64,000 nt of DNA from Candidatus Hydrogenedentota bacterium. Lineage in GTDB: Bacteria > Hydrogenedentota > Hydrogenedentia > Hydrogenedentales > SLHB01. Below, piece by piece: positions 39,546 to 48,595 of this stretch (its first letter is position 1; the number at the start of each line of letters is the position of its first letter). The translations under genes were made by a program, and so were the position numbers. Below the pieces are notes generated by a model. That model saw nothing but the letters and a program-made list of their open reading frames with translations. It was not told where the DNA came from and searched no databases. The stretch is taken from contig BTWA01000014.1 of assembly GCA_045863295.1 (NCBI GenBank), forward strand, positions 1-64,000. Direction: 5' to 3'.

Positions 39546-40763
39546 TTACCGGCTTTCTTGGTTCATCCGATCCAATCGCTCCATCACCGACTGAATATGC
39601 GAGGGTTTTTCAGAATCCTCAAACTCCCGTTGCACTCGCACAAATTTCTCTTCACGGTTGACGAAAGCCTTAACGACATCCGGATCGAAGTGCGTGCCGG
39701 AGGCTTCCAGAATGATATCGCGCGACTTTTCGTGCGAATACGCTTCCTTGTACGGTCGCTTCGACGTCAGCGCATCGTAAGCGTCGCCAAGCGCCGTTAT
39801 CCGGGCTACCAAGGGAATATCTTCCCCGGACATGCCAAACGGATACCCCTTACCGTCCCACTTCTCGTGATGGTAATAGGCTATATCCCGGCCCATGGCC
39901 AGAAACGAATTGGATCCCGCTTCCGTATCCGCCGCTTTCAGCGTGTCGCCCCCGATGAGCGTGTGCGTCTTCATGATTTCGAATTCTTCAACAGACAATT
40001 TGCCCGGCTTCAACAGGATGGCATCGGGAATACCCACTTTGCCGATATCGTGAAGAGGACTCGAATAATACAACTGCTCGACGAAACCGCTATTGATGAT
40101 TCCGTCATACTTCATCCACGTACCCATCTCTATCGCCACTTCACGGACGTACCGGCGCATTCGTTCAAGGTGTTCGCCCGTTTCCGGATCCCGGGATTCC
40201 GCAAGTTTGGCCAGCGAGAAAACCGTCACCTGCTGCGTGCGTTCCAGAAGCGCCGTACGTTCGCGCACCCGCTCTTCAAGCAACACATTGTCGCTTTCAA
40301 GACGTTTCTGATACTGCATTAGCTGGTCTTGAAGCGCCTTGGATTTGACAGAACTGCGTATGCGGGCATCCAGCAACACGGGATCGATCGGCCGGATAAG
40401 AAAATCATCCGCCCCGGCTTCGAGCGCGCGTAGATTCGCCTCGTGTTCCGCCAATCCTGTAATCATAATGACGGGAATGTGGCGTGTGCGGAAATCCCGC
40501 TTCAGACGCTCGCACACCTCGAAGCCGTTCATCTCCGGCATGACCAAGTCCAGCAACAGCACATCGGGGTTCAGCGTTTCCACCAGGGCCAAGGCCTCCC
40601 GGCCATTGAACGCTTCGTGGATTACATAACCCTTCGGCTCCAACAATTGCCGCAAAAGAGCAATATTTTCGGGAATGTCGTCTACAATAAGCACTTTGGG
40701 ACCGGAATTCGGGCGGGGCTCGGGTCTCGCTCGGGGGGGGCGATCTGGCAACGTTCTCTCCAC
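39546..40763 (-). CDS. Response regulator with HD-GYP domain (RpfG-like c-di-GMP phosphodiesterase)
   Basis: VLIVDD..LLDLVMP REC; RDPETGEH, LHDIGK, HHEKWDGKGYP; start uncertain (GTG 40763 favoured over 40925). Confidence 0.92.
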   Translation of the reverse strand: MERTLPDRPPRARPEPRPNSGPKVLIVDDIPENIALLRQLLEPKGYVIHEAFNGREALALVETLNPDVLLLDLVMPEMNGFEVCERLKRDFRTRHIPVIMITGLAEHEANLRALEAGADDFLIRPIDPVLLDARIRSSVKSKALQDQLMQYQKRLESDNVLLEERVRERTALLERTQQVTVFSLAKLAESRDPETGEHLERMRRYVREVAIEMGTWMKYDGIINSGFVEQLYYSSPLHDIGKVGIPDAILLKPGKLSVEEFEIMKTHTLIGGDTLKAADTEAGSNSFLAMGRDIAYYHHEKWDGKGYPFGMSGEDIPLVARITALGDAYDALTSKRPYKEAYSHEKSRDIILEASGTHFDPDVVKAFVNREEKFVRVQREFEDSEKPSHIQSVMERLDRMNQESR

Positions 40764-41073
40764 GGATGAAAATCCTGAACTCCGGCGACTAGGCACGTCG
40801 GCATTCACACTTCCCGGATTGAAAGTGGGGGGGAAGAGCGGCTTCAACCCCGACAAAGCGCCCAAAACGAAAGTATGTAAAATGCCGTTAAGCCTAATCC
40901 TACCACAGACGTAGAAACCGTGCAAACGGTTTATCCAGCACCCGACTCCCTAATAGATCCCCATACCCTCCTAACTGAAAGTCCTGCTTCGAGACAGACC
41001 CCATCCCAATAAATGTAATCGAAGTAACCACAATCACAGAAAGCGCTGGCTGCGCGTTCACAGACCATCCAAC

Positions 41074-41256
41074 AAGTCCGGATATTTCACGGCAATGTCC
41101 AATTACCTATGTAAATGGCGTCGCGGCCGAACACTGTCCAGACCGATGATGGGACAATGTGCACGTTACAAATCCTCTGCGCGCAAAGCCTAAGCTATCC
41201 AACTATGAGCATTTTTCAACACGCACGCTATAATCGCGGTGACGGATGCGGGATAG
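41074..41256. repeat. Dispersed intergenic element, copy A (degenerate)
   Basis: Colinear similarity to 57392-57596: exact 16-mer CCGGATATTTCACGGC, plus 23/28 and 26/36 identical blocks. Confidence 0.75.
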
Positions 41257-41398
41257 CTGGACCAAAAGTACACTTTCAAGTTACGGAAACCTTGAATAGG
41301 TTGTCCGTAGTCAGAATACCTGAAATGGAGTAGCGGCCAATCCAGAAGCAAGAATGCTAAGCTATTCGGTAGCATACAGTTACACGGCACATGCAATA

Positions 41399-41414
41399 AG
41401 GCATGCCGGTTGCT
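41399..41414 (+). promoter_or_regulatory. Putative sigma54 -24/-12 promoter
   Basis: AGGCATGCCGGTTGCT, with GG and GC exactly 12 nt apart. Confidence 0.4.
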
Positions 41415-41859
41415 TTGTTACTCCATATAGAAAGTTGAATCAAAAAGATCGATAGCGTGTACCGTGAGCGATGCGCATGAAACCCGCATAAAGTGCTGGG
41501 GATTAATCTCCCAAAGCAATGATCAAGGTTTCGGCCGAGAACCATCGCCAGGCACAAGCACATATCGATTAGACCCTTAGCCCCGAGGATGAGCAGTACA
41601 TCGGAGAGCCAGACTCCCAAACGCACCCTATCGGTCCTGCCGCTTACCCCCAGCGCGGGACCACCCCATTCACTCTCCTAGTGCGACCCTACAGACCCCT
41701 ACCTGGCTTTTCAACATCCTCGGGGCTCTCATTTTACTTCACACACAAGAGCATTATTCGCATTTCTGCCCCTCCCCCAAAAACTCGGAATCAATCACTG
41801 CCACAAGTACAATGCACCGGTTCCGAAGCTACAGAGCCAACAATTCCAGGAGGTCGTAT

Positions 41860-42846
41860 ATGGCGAGTCCCGTAGAGGCGATCCGTCGAAACGTAGAGGC
41901 TCATTCTGAATTCATCCGGCGGCTACGTGCGGAAATGGCCCGCGTCATCGTCGGTCAACACTATATGGTTGACCGGCTCCTCATCGGAATGCTGGCCAAT
42001 GGACACGTATTGCTCGAAGGGGTGCCTGGATTAGCCAAGACAACTGCTGTCAAGACGTTAGCCCAGTCAATGCAGTGCAAGTTCTCCAGAATACAGTTCA
42101 CCCCGGATCTGCTCCCGGCCGACCTCACCGGCACCCTCGTCTACAACCCCAAGTCCGGCGAATTCACAACCAAAAAGGGCCCAATCTTTGCCAACATCGT
42201 CCTGGCGGATGAAATCAACCGCGCTCCCGCAAAGGTTCAGAGCGCGCTCTTGGAGGCCATGCAAGAACGGCAGGTAACCATCGGAGAAGAGACCTTTCGC
42301 TTGGAAGAACCGTTCATGGTCCTCGCCACGCAAAACCCAATCGAGCAGGAAGGCACCTATCCGCTACCGGAAGCCCAGGTCGATCGGTTCATGCTCAAAT
42401 TACGTGTCACATACCCCACCAAAGCGGAAGAACGGGAGATTATGGATCGCGTCGACGTGTTGCACGACCCGCGTGTCGACACCGTCGTGACCAAGTACGA
42501 GATCATGCAGGCACGGGAAGTAGTGAACCAGGTCTACGTCGACGAGAAAGCCAAGAATTATATTGTCGACATTGTGCATGCAACGCGCCAACCCGAGTAT
42601 TTCGGTCTCAATATTCGCCACCTGATCGAATACGGCGCATCTCCAAGGGCAACCATCTATCTTCAACAGGGCGCTCGCGCACTCGCCTTTCTTCAGGGCG
42701 AAGGCAACGTCTTCCCCAATGACGTCAAGCAAATCGCGCAGGACGTGTTGAGGCATCGAATCATTGTGACGTATGAAGCGGAGGCCGAAGGCAAGTCAAG
42801 CGAAGACATCATCCGAATGATCCTGGACCACGTCCCTGTGCCATAA
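41860..42846 (+). CDS. moxR: MoxR-family AAA+ ATPase
   Basis: HVLLEGVPGLAKT, RIQFTPDLLPAD, LADEINRAPAKVQSALLEAMQE, ATQNPIEQEGTYPLPEAQVDRF; AGGAGG RBS. Confidence 0.95.
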   Translation: MASPVEAIRRNVEAHSEFIRRLRAEMARVIVGQHYMVDRLLIGMLANGHVLLEGVPGLAKTTAVKTLAQSMQCKFSRIQFTPDLLPADLTGTLVYNPKSGEFTTKKGPIFANIVLADEINRAPAKVQSALLEAMQERQVTIGEETFRLEEPFMVLATQNPIEQEGTYPLPEAQVDRFMLKLRVTYPTKAEEREIMDRVDVLHDPRVDTVVTKYEIMQAREVVNQVYVDEKAKNYIVDIVHATRQPEYFGLNIRHLIEYGASPRATIYLQQGARALAFLQGEGNVFPNDVKQIAQDVLRHRIIVTYEAEAEGKSSEDIIRMILDHVPVP

Positions 42847-42878
42847 CCAGGCGCCGGTTTCCACGGGAGGGCATTGCC

Positions 42879-43763
42879 GTGATACCTCAAGAAGTCATGC
42901 AGGAAGTCCGCCGGATTCAGATCAGAACCAGTCATCTCGTAAATGATGTACTCGCCGGTCAGTATCAAAGTGTCTTTAAAGGACAGGGGGTGGAGTTTCG
43001 CGAAGTACGCGAGTATGTCGCGGGCGATGACATTCGGATGATCGATTGGCACGTTACAGCGCGCACCGGTACACCCCATGTCAAAATCCTCACGGAAGAA
43101 CGCGAATTAACCGTGATGCTGGTGGTCGATGCAAGTGGCTCAGGACGATTCGGAAGCGTTCAACGATTCAAGAATGAGTTGGCGGCCGAATTGTGCGCAG
43201 TGCTGGCGTTTTCCGCCATCAAAAACAACGACAAGGTGGGTCTGATAGTCTTTACTGGCGAAGTGGAGTTGTACGTCCCGCCCAAAAAAGGGCGGCGGCA
43301 TGTGCTGCGCGTCGTTCGCGATGTGTTGTATTTCAAACCTCGAGGAACACAGACTAACATACCCGGCGCTCTTCATTTTCTGAACAGCATCCTCCGCCGG
43401 AAATCCGTTGTCTTTCTGGTATCCGACTTCCTCGCGGATGGGTTCGAACATCCCCTGCGAATCACAAGGCAGCGCCACGACCTCATCGCTGTAGTCGTGT
43501 CGGATCCTCGAGAGGCCACGCTCCCCAATGTCGGTCTCATCAGCGTAGTGGACGCCGAAACCGGCCGGGAAACGATGGTCAATACCAGCGATCCCCGTGT
43601 CCGGGAACGGTATGTGATGGCTGCCCAAGCCCGCGTGCAATCTCGTACCGAACTTTTTCGCCGATCGCGAGTCGACAGCATAATTGTAAATACAGACCGG
43701 CCATACGCAGACGAACTCTTTCGCTTCTTCCGTATGCGGGAACGAAGATTGGCGTTGGGATGA
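42879..43763 (+). CDS. DUF58 (VWA-like) protein
   Basis: SVFKGQGVEFREVREYVAGDDIRMIDW, EERELTV, VDASGS, VSDF. Confidence 0.93.
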   Translation: MIPQEVMQEVRRIQIRTSHLVNDVLAGQYQSVFKGQGVEFREVREYVAGDDIRMIDWHVTARTGTPHVKILTEERELTVMLVVDASGSGRFGSVQRFKNELAAELCAVLAFSAIKNNDKVGLIVFTGEVELYVPPKKGRRHVLRVVRDVLYFKPRGTQTNIPGALHFLNSILRRKSVVFLVSDFLADGFEHPLRITRQRHDLIAVVVSDPREATLPNVGLISVVDAETGRETMVNTSDPRVRERYVMAAQARVQSRTELFRRSRVDSIIVNTDRPYADELFRFFRMRERRLALG

Positions 43764-43909
43764 TCGATTACGGGACAACCCCCGGGAAACCGAATTTCGG
43801 GCACGGCCGGGTGAAATTCGGAGGTATAATAAGGGTAGTAGCCGCCGCGGACGAAAGTCGAGTGTCAAATGATCTCGTTCTCAAAATGCAGGCGAGAGGG
43901 TTGGCGACC

Positions 43910-44533
43910 ATGAACGACATGAACAAGGCAGAAGCCCCAAGGTCTCCCGCGTCTTACCTCTATCACAGCGACACCACCGTAACGATCGGAGGACCGACTT
44001 TGACGGCCGTAATCCTCTGCACGGTAATTGGCGTCGTGTTTGGTGCCTCGTTTACGTACGTGATTATGTCCCGTTCTATCGTTGAACGGGATCGAGCAGC
44101 ACTCAGGCAACCCACGCTTTGGGGTGGTCTATCCGCCGCACAAACACGGAACTATGCGGGGTACCTTGAGGCCAAAGGAATGACAAGTTCCGCCATCCAG
44201 GAATACGAGCGATACATTGAACGCTATGCGTTGAACGAAGTCGAACGTACTCAAGTATGCCTCAAAATCGCGGAATTGGCGCTATCACAAGGAGACAACG
44301 AAAAAGCGTTGCGGTACGCCTATTTCGCCGAACTGGCCTCCCCACAGTCTGGCATGCAACCAAAGATTGACGAAGTGATTTTGACGGCCTTGGAAAGATC
44401 CGGAGATAAGGATGCCCTGGTGCGTGAAACAAACGCGCGCGCCCGAAGTGAACGCAAGCCGGCAGAGTCGGCAGCTCCGGAAGGCGAAAAGGCGAAGGAT
44501 CACGCGGAACAATTGGAAGTTGCAATACCGTGA
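43910..44533 (+). CDS. Membrane-anchored TPR-like hypothetical protein
   Basis: One TM segment then helical TPR-like segments; GAGAGGG RBS before ATG 43910 (track start is 43760). Confidence 0.65.
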   Translation: MNDMNKAEAPRSPASYLYHSDTTVTIGGPTLTAVILCTVIGVVFGASFTYVIMSRSIVERDRAALRQPTLWGGLSAAQTRNYAGYLEAKGMTSSAIQEYERYIERYALNEVERTQVCLKIAELALSQGDNEKALRYAYFAELASPQSGMQPKIDEVILTALERSGDKDALVRETNARARSERKPAESAAPEGEKAKDHAEQLEVAIP

Positions 44534-45444
44534 TGGCCGGTATGTATCACGCACTTGGAATCTGGATGGCCGCGGCCGCTATTGACGCTCCACAAGTCAG
44601 CATCACGATCGATCCGCCGGAAATCCCCTTCCATCGTCAAAGCGAGTTCCAAATTCAGGTGCTAACCATGTCGACAGAGGATGTAACACTACCGCCACTG
44701 GACGAAAACTACTTCGGCATGCCAACGGATGGCTCGCCCTCGGTCACGCGCGAGACGTTAGAGAATGGCCAAGTTCGCATGATTCATTCCTATACGCTCG
44801 ACCCGGTTCACGTCAAAGAGTATGCGTTTCCACCTCTCGAAGTGTCCATCGGAGATGAAAAAGTCAGCGTCACGCCGCCCGGATTGCACGTAAGGGAATT
44901 GACTCCGGAGGAAGAGCGGAAGGCCATGACATTCGCGCCAATCGCCAAACCGGCCGACTTGCCTGCGGGCTATTGGCGTTACATTCCGTGGGGCATAGGC
45001 ATACTTACGGCTGGCGCGCTTTCTGCCCTTACCTTGACGCTGTTTCGCCGCAGAATGGCCGGTAGGGAAACGGACAAGCCCCCTTGGGTATTGGCGCTCA
45101 GCCGGCTGCACGAATTGGAGAAAGCCTCGAACCAGTTTACCGACGGTCCTTTCTATGTCGCATTGTCGGACATCGTCAGACACTATTTGGAGGACCGGTA
45201 TGCGATTCATGCTCCGGAAAGAACTACGCAGGAATTGCTCGTCGAAGCCCATCAGCGTGGCGTCTTGGAGGAACCGCTGCAGCTTATGCTCAAACGTATT
45301 CTGCGTCAGAGTGACCGTGTCAAATTCGCGCAGTTCGATGCAAGTCAGGAAGCAAGACTGCACGACATTTCCGAGGTTCGGCGGTTGATAGAGGGCACAG
45401 TACCCAAAACTGCCGAGGCCGATTCCGGTACGGAGGCCGCATGA
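44530..45444 (+). CDS. Bat-operon accessory membrane protein (BatD-N/DUF4381-like)
   Basis: Ig-like N-terminus, TM, then PPW..AL..L, FY..LSDIVRHYLE.RY...A.ERTTQE, SDRVKFA. Confidence 0.8.
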   Translation: MMAGMYHALGIWMAAAAIDAPQVSITIDPPEIPFHRQSEFQIQVLTMSTEDVTLPPLDENYFGMPTDGSPSVTRETLENGQVRMIHSYTLDPVHVKEYAFPPLEVSIGDEKVSVTPPGLHVRELTPEEERKAMTFAPIAKPADLPAGYWRYIPWGIGILTAGALSALTLTLFRRRMAGRETDKPPWVLALSRLHELEKASNQFTDGPFYVALSDIVRHYLEDRYAIHAPERTTQELLVEAHQRGVLEEPLQLMLKRILRQSDRVKFAQFDASQEARLHDISEVRRLIEGTVPKTAEADSGTEAA

Positions 45445-46478
45445 CCGAAACGGCCACCTTTATGCATCCCATGGCGCTTTGGCTCCTCATCGGCGCGGCT
45501 ATTCTGTTCATCGCGGAATCGACGGCGGCCGCGCCGGGATCGCTGCGTATCTCAACAGGAGAAACCTTATCAGCCATTGCGTCGTACCGCTCCACGTATC
45601 GTTGGATTCCTCCGCTGTTGCGTGCCTTGGCTTTGGCATGCCTTATTGTAGCTCTCGCCCGGCCGCTACAAGGGATGCGAGTCATCCCAAATACGGCGGA
45701 TGTGGTCGACATTCAACTGTGTGTCGATGTGTCGCGGAGTATGCAGGTTACCGATCTCGACCTATCCGAAAAAAAACTTGATCGCCTGGAGATCACCAAG
45801 TTTGCCGTCCGCGATTTCCTGCAAAGCCGCAAACAACGCATCGAAGATCGTTTTGGAAACGATCGCGTGGGTCTCATTCTGTATGCGGGCTATGCCTGGA
45901 CCCAGTGCCCCCTTACCCTCGACTATGCCGTACTTGAGCGCGAACTGGAAAATGCGCGAATCGTGGACCGCCGAGACCGCGACAAAGACGGAACGGCGAT
46001 TGGCTCGGCAATCGGTCTTGCTGTAAGCAAGCTGCGAAAGTCGGAGGCCGAATCGAAGGTCATTGTGCTGTTGACAGACGGCCGCAACAATGCAGGTAAT
46101 CTCGAGCCGATGACTGCGGCACAATTTGCAAAAGACTTCAATATCCGCATCTACACCATTGCCGCCGGCTCCGACGAAGAGGTTGAGATTTCTCAAGACT
46201 CATGGATGGGGCCCGTAGCGGATCGAATCCGTTTGCCCGTGGACACCGAAGGTCTTCAACGGATCGCCGAAGTTACCGGCGGCAAATTCTACACCGCCCG
46301 AAACCTCGAATCGTTGAAAGAGGCCTATGAGGCCATCAATTCGCTGGAGACCACGGAAGTGGAAGGCGGCCATTATTACGAATATGAAGAAGGATTTGAA
46401 CCGTGGGTCGCGGGAGGCATCGCCCTGTTCATTGCTTCCATTGTTATGAGGCGGCTTTGGTTTGAATCCATTCCGTAG
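45441..46478 (+). CDS. batA: BatA-like VWA protein
   Basis: ALARP, MIDAS DVSRSM, DRVGLI, TQCPLTLD, GTAIGSAI, LLTDG, IAEVTGGKFY. Confidence 0.88.
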   Translation: MTETATFMHPMALWLLIGAAILFIAESTAAAPGSLRISTGETLSAIASYRSTYRWIPPLLRALALACLIVALARPLQGMRVIPNTADVVDIQLCVDVSRSMQVTDLDLSEKKLDRLEITKFAVRDFLQSRKQRIEDRFGNDRVGLILYAGYAWTQCPLTLDYAVLERELENARIVDRRDRDKDGTAIGSAIGLAVSKLRKSEAESKVIVLLTDGRNNAGNLEPMTAAQFAKDFNIRIYTIAAGSDEEVEISQDSWMGPVADRIRLPVDTEGLQRIAEVTGGKFYTARNLESLKEAYEAINSLETTEVEGGHYYEYEEGFEPWVAGGIALFIASIVMRRLWFESIP

Positions 46479-46517
46479 TGGAATCCAATTAATTGTTGCA
46501 GATCAGGTAACTTGAGC

Positions 46518-47609
46518 ATGGCGTTCGCATTTCCATTACACCAATTATGGGTCTGGATACTCATCGGCACTGCGGCGATACTCGCATTAGCGGGGCTGCT
46601 TCGCGCACTGGAGCGTCGCCGTGACTTGCGGTTGCACCGCCTCGTCGATGTGAAACTGGCGCCCAGGCTCATTCCGGTCAGCCATCGCGCATATCGCCGG
46701 CCCTTGGTATGGTATCCCGTCTTGGCGCTATCCTTGCTCCTGATGGCGCTGGCCCAGCCCCATTGGGGTGCGTCCTGGCAAAAAGTCCAACGAACCAGCC
46801 GGGAGATACTGATTCTGCTGGATACGTCCGAGAGTATGCGGGCGCAAGACGTGGCCCCCAATCGCCTGGAACGGGCGAAACACAAAATTCACACCCTTCT
46901 CGCCAATGCACCCGCCGACCGGGTCGGACTGATTGCGTTCTCCGGTGGAGCCGATCTGCAATCCCCGCTGACCGTCGATCACGGATACTTCAAAGCCGTC
47001 CTCGGCGCCATGGACACGGATACGATTAGTCTGGAAGGATCAAACATGGAAGCCGCGCTGTCCGCGGCCATCGAGGTGTTCCAAAAGGACGACGAGACGA
47101 GGGGGCGCTCCGGGCGATCAAATCGCGCCGTCCTGCTGATTTCCGATGGCGAGGATGCTTCGAGAGACGCACTCAAGGCGGCGGAGACGCTATCGCACCT
47201 CTCCCGATTATACGTGCTCGGCATTGGCACGGAAGAAGGGGCAACAGTCGCACTGCCGGAATGGTATACGCGATATGTCGGAGTGGAGAATACCGCCAAG
47301 GCGCATGTCTCCAAGCTCGATCGAGAGGCACTTTCGCGTCTCGCATTGAATGGCGGAGGCGTCTATTTGCAGAACACGAACGATAACTGGGATATCGACC
47401 AACTGTTGGAACAGGTGGCCGTGCTGGCCTCACGTGATGCCAGCGACGAAATACGAATGCAATTGGTGAACCGCTACCAATGGTTTTTGGGGTTGGGAAT
47501 CGTATTTGTAGCGGCGGAAGGCGCATGGCTGGCCTTGATGCCCCATTTGCGACGCCGCATGGACGCGAACCACACAACCGATCGGCCGGGAGACGAAGAG
47601 TATGCGTAA
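46518..47609 (+). CDS. batB: BatB-like VWA protein
   Basis: ALAQPHWG, DTSESM.AQDVAPNRLERAK, DRVGLIAFSG, PLTVD, LISDGED. Confidence 0.88.
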   Translation: MAFAFPLHQLWVWILIGTAAILALAGLLRALERRRDLRLHRLVDVKLAPRLIPVSHRAYRRPLVWYPVLALSLLLMALAQPHWGASWQKVQRTSREILILLDTSESMRAQDVAPNRLERAKHKIHTLLANAPADRVGLIAFSGGADLQSPLTVDHGYFKAVLGAMDTDTISLEGSNMEAALSAAIEVFQKDDETRGRSGRSNRAVLLISDGEDASRDALKAAETLSHLSRLYVLGIGTEEGATVALPEWYTRYVGVENTAKAHVSKLDREALSRLALNGGGVYLQNTNDNWDIDQLLEQVAVLASRDASDEIRMQLVNRYQWFLGLGIVFVAAEGAWLALMPHLRRRMDANHTTDRPGDEEYA

Positions 47610-48585
47610 GCTGGCCACGGTAATGGTGTTTCTCGTCGCGAGCTTGGCGCTCGCACAGGACAGTTTCGAGGACGGATTTAACCGTGCCAATGCGTTGCTG
47701 CGCAGCGGCGAGGCGGACGACGCGCTGGAGGCCTATCGCAAGCTGCAAATTGACCAGCCCGAATTACCATCGTTGTACTTTGGAATCGGATGCGCCGAAT
47801 TCGAGAACGCCTTGGAGAAATCGCGGGCGCAACAGGGCTCGAGCAGGGACAATGTATTCAGTATTGCGGAAACCGCGTTTGAAAAGGCCGCCCGCACGAA
47901 CGATCCCGCACTGCGGCGCGATGCCGAATTCAATCTCGCTTCGGCATCCGCACGCAAGGCGATAGCCGCGCCGGAAGGCGCCAGCCCGGATGAAATGAAA
48001 GCGCGTTACAAGGAAGGAATCAACGCGTTCGAGAGGTTTCTTGAAAAGTACCCGGGCCACGAAGGCGCTGAACAAAGCCTCGACCATCTGCGCTATAGCA
48101 TGAAGCGAATGCTCCAACAACCCCCTCCGGAAGAGACTCAATCGGGTGGGAATCAAGAGCAAGAGCAAAACGAAAACGATCAGCAGCGCGGTGAACAGGG
48201 AAAACCCTCGCCAAAGCCGGGTAGCCAGCAGGGCGATTCGGGTGAACAGACGGATGAACCAGGAACATCCGAAAGTCAGGATGAGCCACAGAACGATGGA
48301 GAGGGGGAGAAGAGTGATGGGACAGACGCTCGTCCTTCGCCCGACGAGAATTCTCAAAACATGGAGACCCCAAACATCCGGCCCGAAGATATCGCGGAGC
48401 GGGAAGAAGACAGGACACAGAACAGCGATCCGCGACGTGCGATGACCGCCAGCGCAATGCCGGAGAACGGGAATCGACAGGAAGTCGAAGCGCTGTTGCA
48501 GTCGCTAGAGGAAATCGACAAGCAGGAACAATTGAATCTGCGGCGCGCTCCCATGGATGACCGCATACGCCGGGAATGGTGGTAG
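47602..48585 (+). CDS. batC: BatC-like TPR protein with a Q/E-rich linker
   Basis: Signal peptide, TPRs, Q/E/D-rich low-complexity region, EALLQSL, terminal EWW. Confidence 0.8.
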   Translation: MRKLATVMVFLVASLALAQDSFEDGFNRANALLRSGEADDALEAYRKLQIDQPELPSLYFGIGCAEFENALEKSRAQQGSSRDNVFSIAETAFEKAARTNDPALRRDAEFNLASASARKAIAAPEGASPDEMKARYKEGINAFERFLEKYPGHEGAEQSLDHLRYSMKRMLQQPPPEETQSGGNQEQEQNENDQQRGEQGKPSPKPGSQQGDSGEQTDEPGTSESQDEPQNDGEGEKSDGTDARPSPDENSQNMETPNIRPEDIAEREEDRTQNSDPRRAMTASAMPENGNRQEVEALLQSLEEIDKQEQLNLRRAPMDDRIRREWW

Positions 48586-48595
48586 TAGCAACTCC

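Noticed and set aside
41175..41200. GCGCAAAGCC resembling part of a c-di-GMP-I riboswitch near the HD-GYP gene
   Set aside because: The upstream GGCAAAC/GAAA stem is absent, the strand is wrong for the HD-GYP gene, and the motif is not kept in repeat copy B.
48115..48430. Q/E-rich low-complexity stretch as a tandem repeat
   Set aside because: It is the normal BatC linker, with no nucleotide periodicity.
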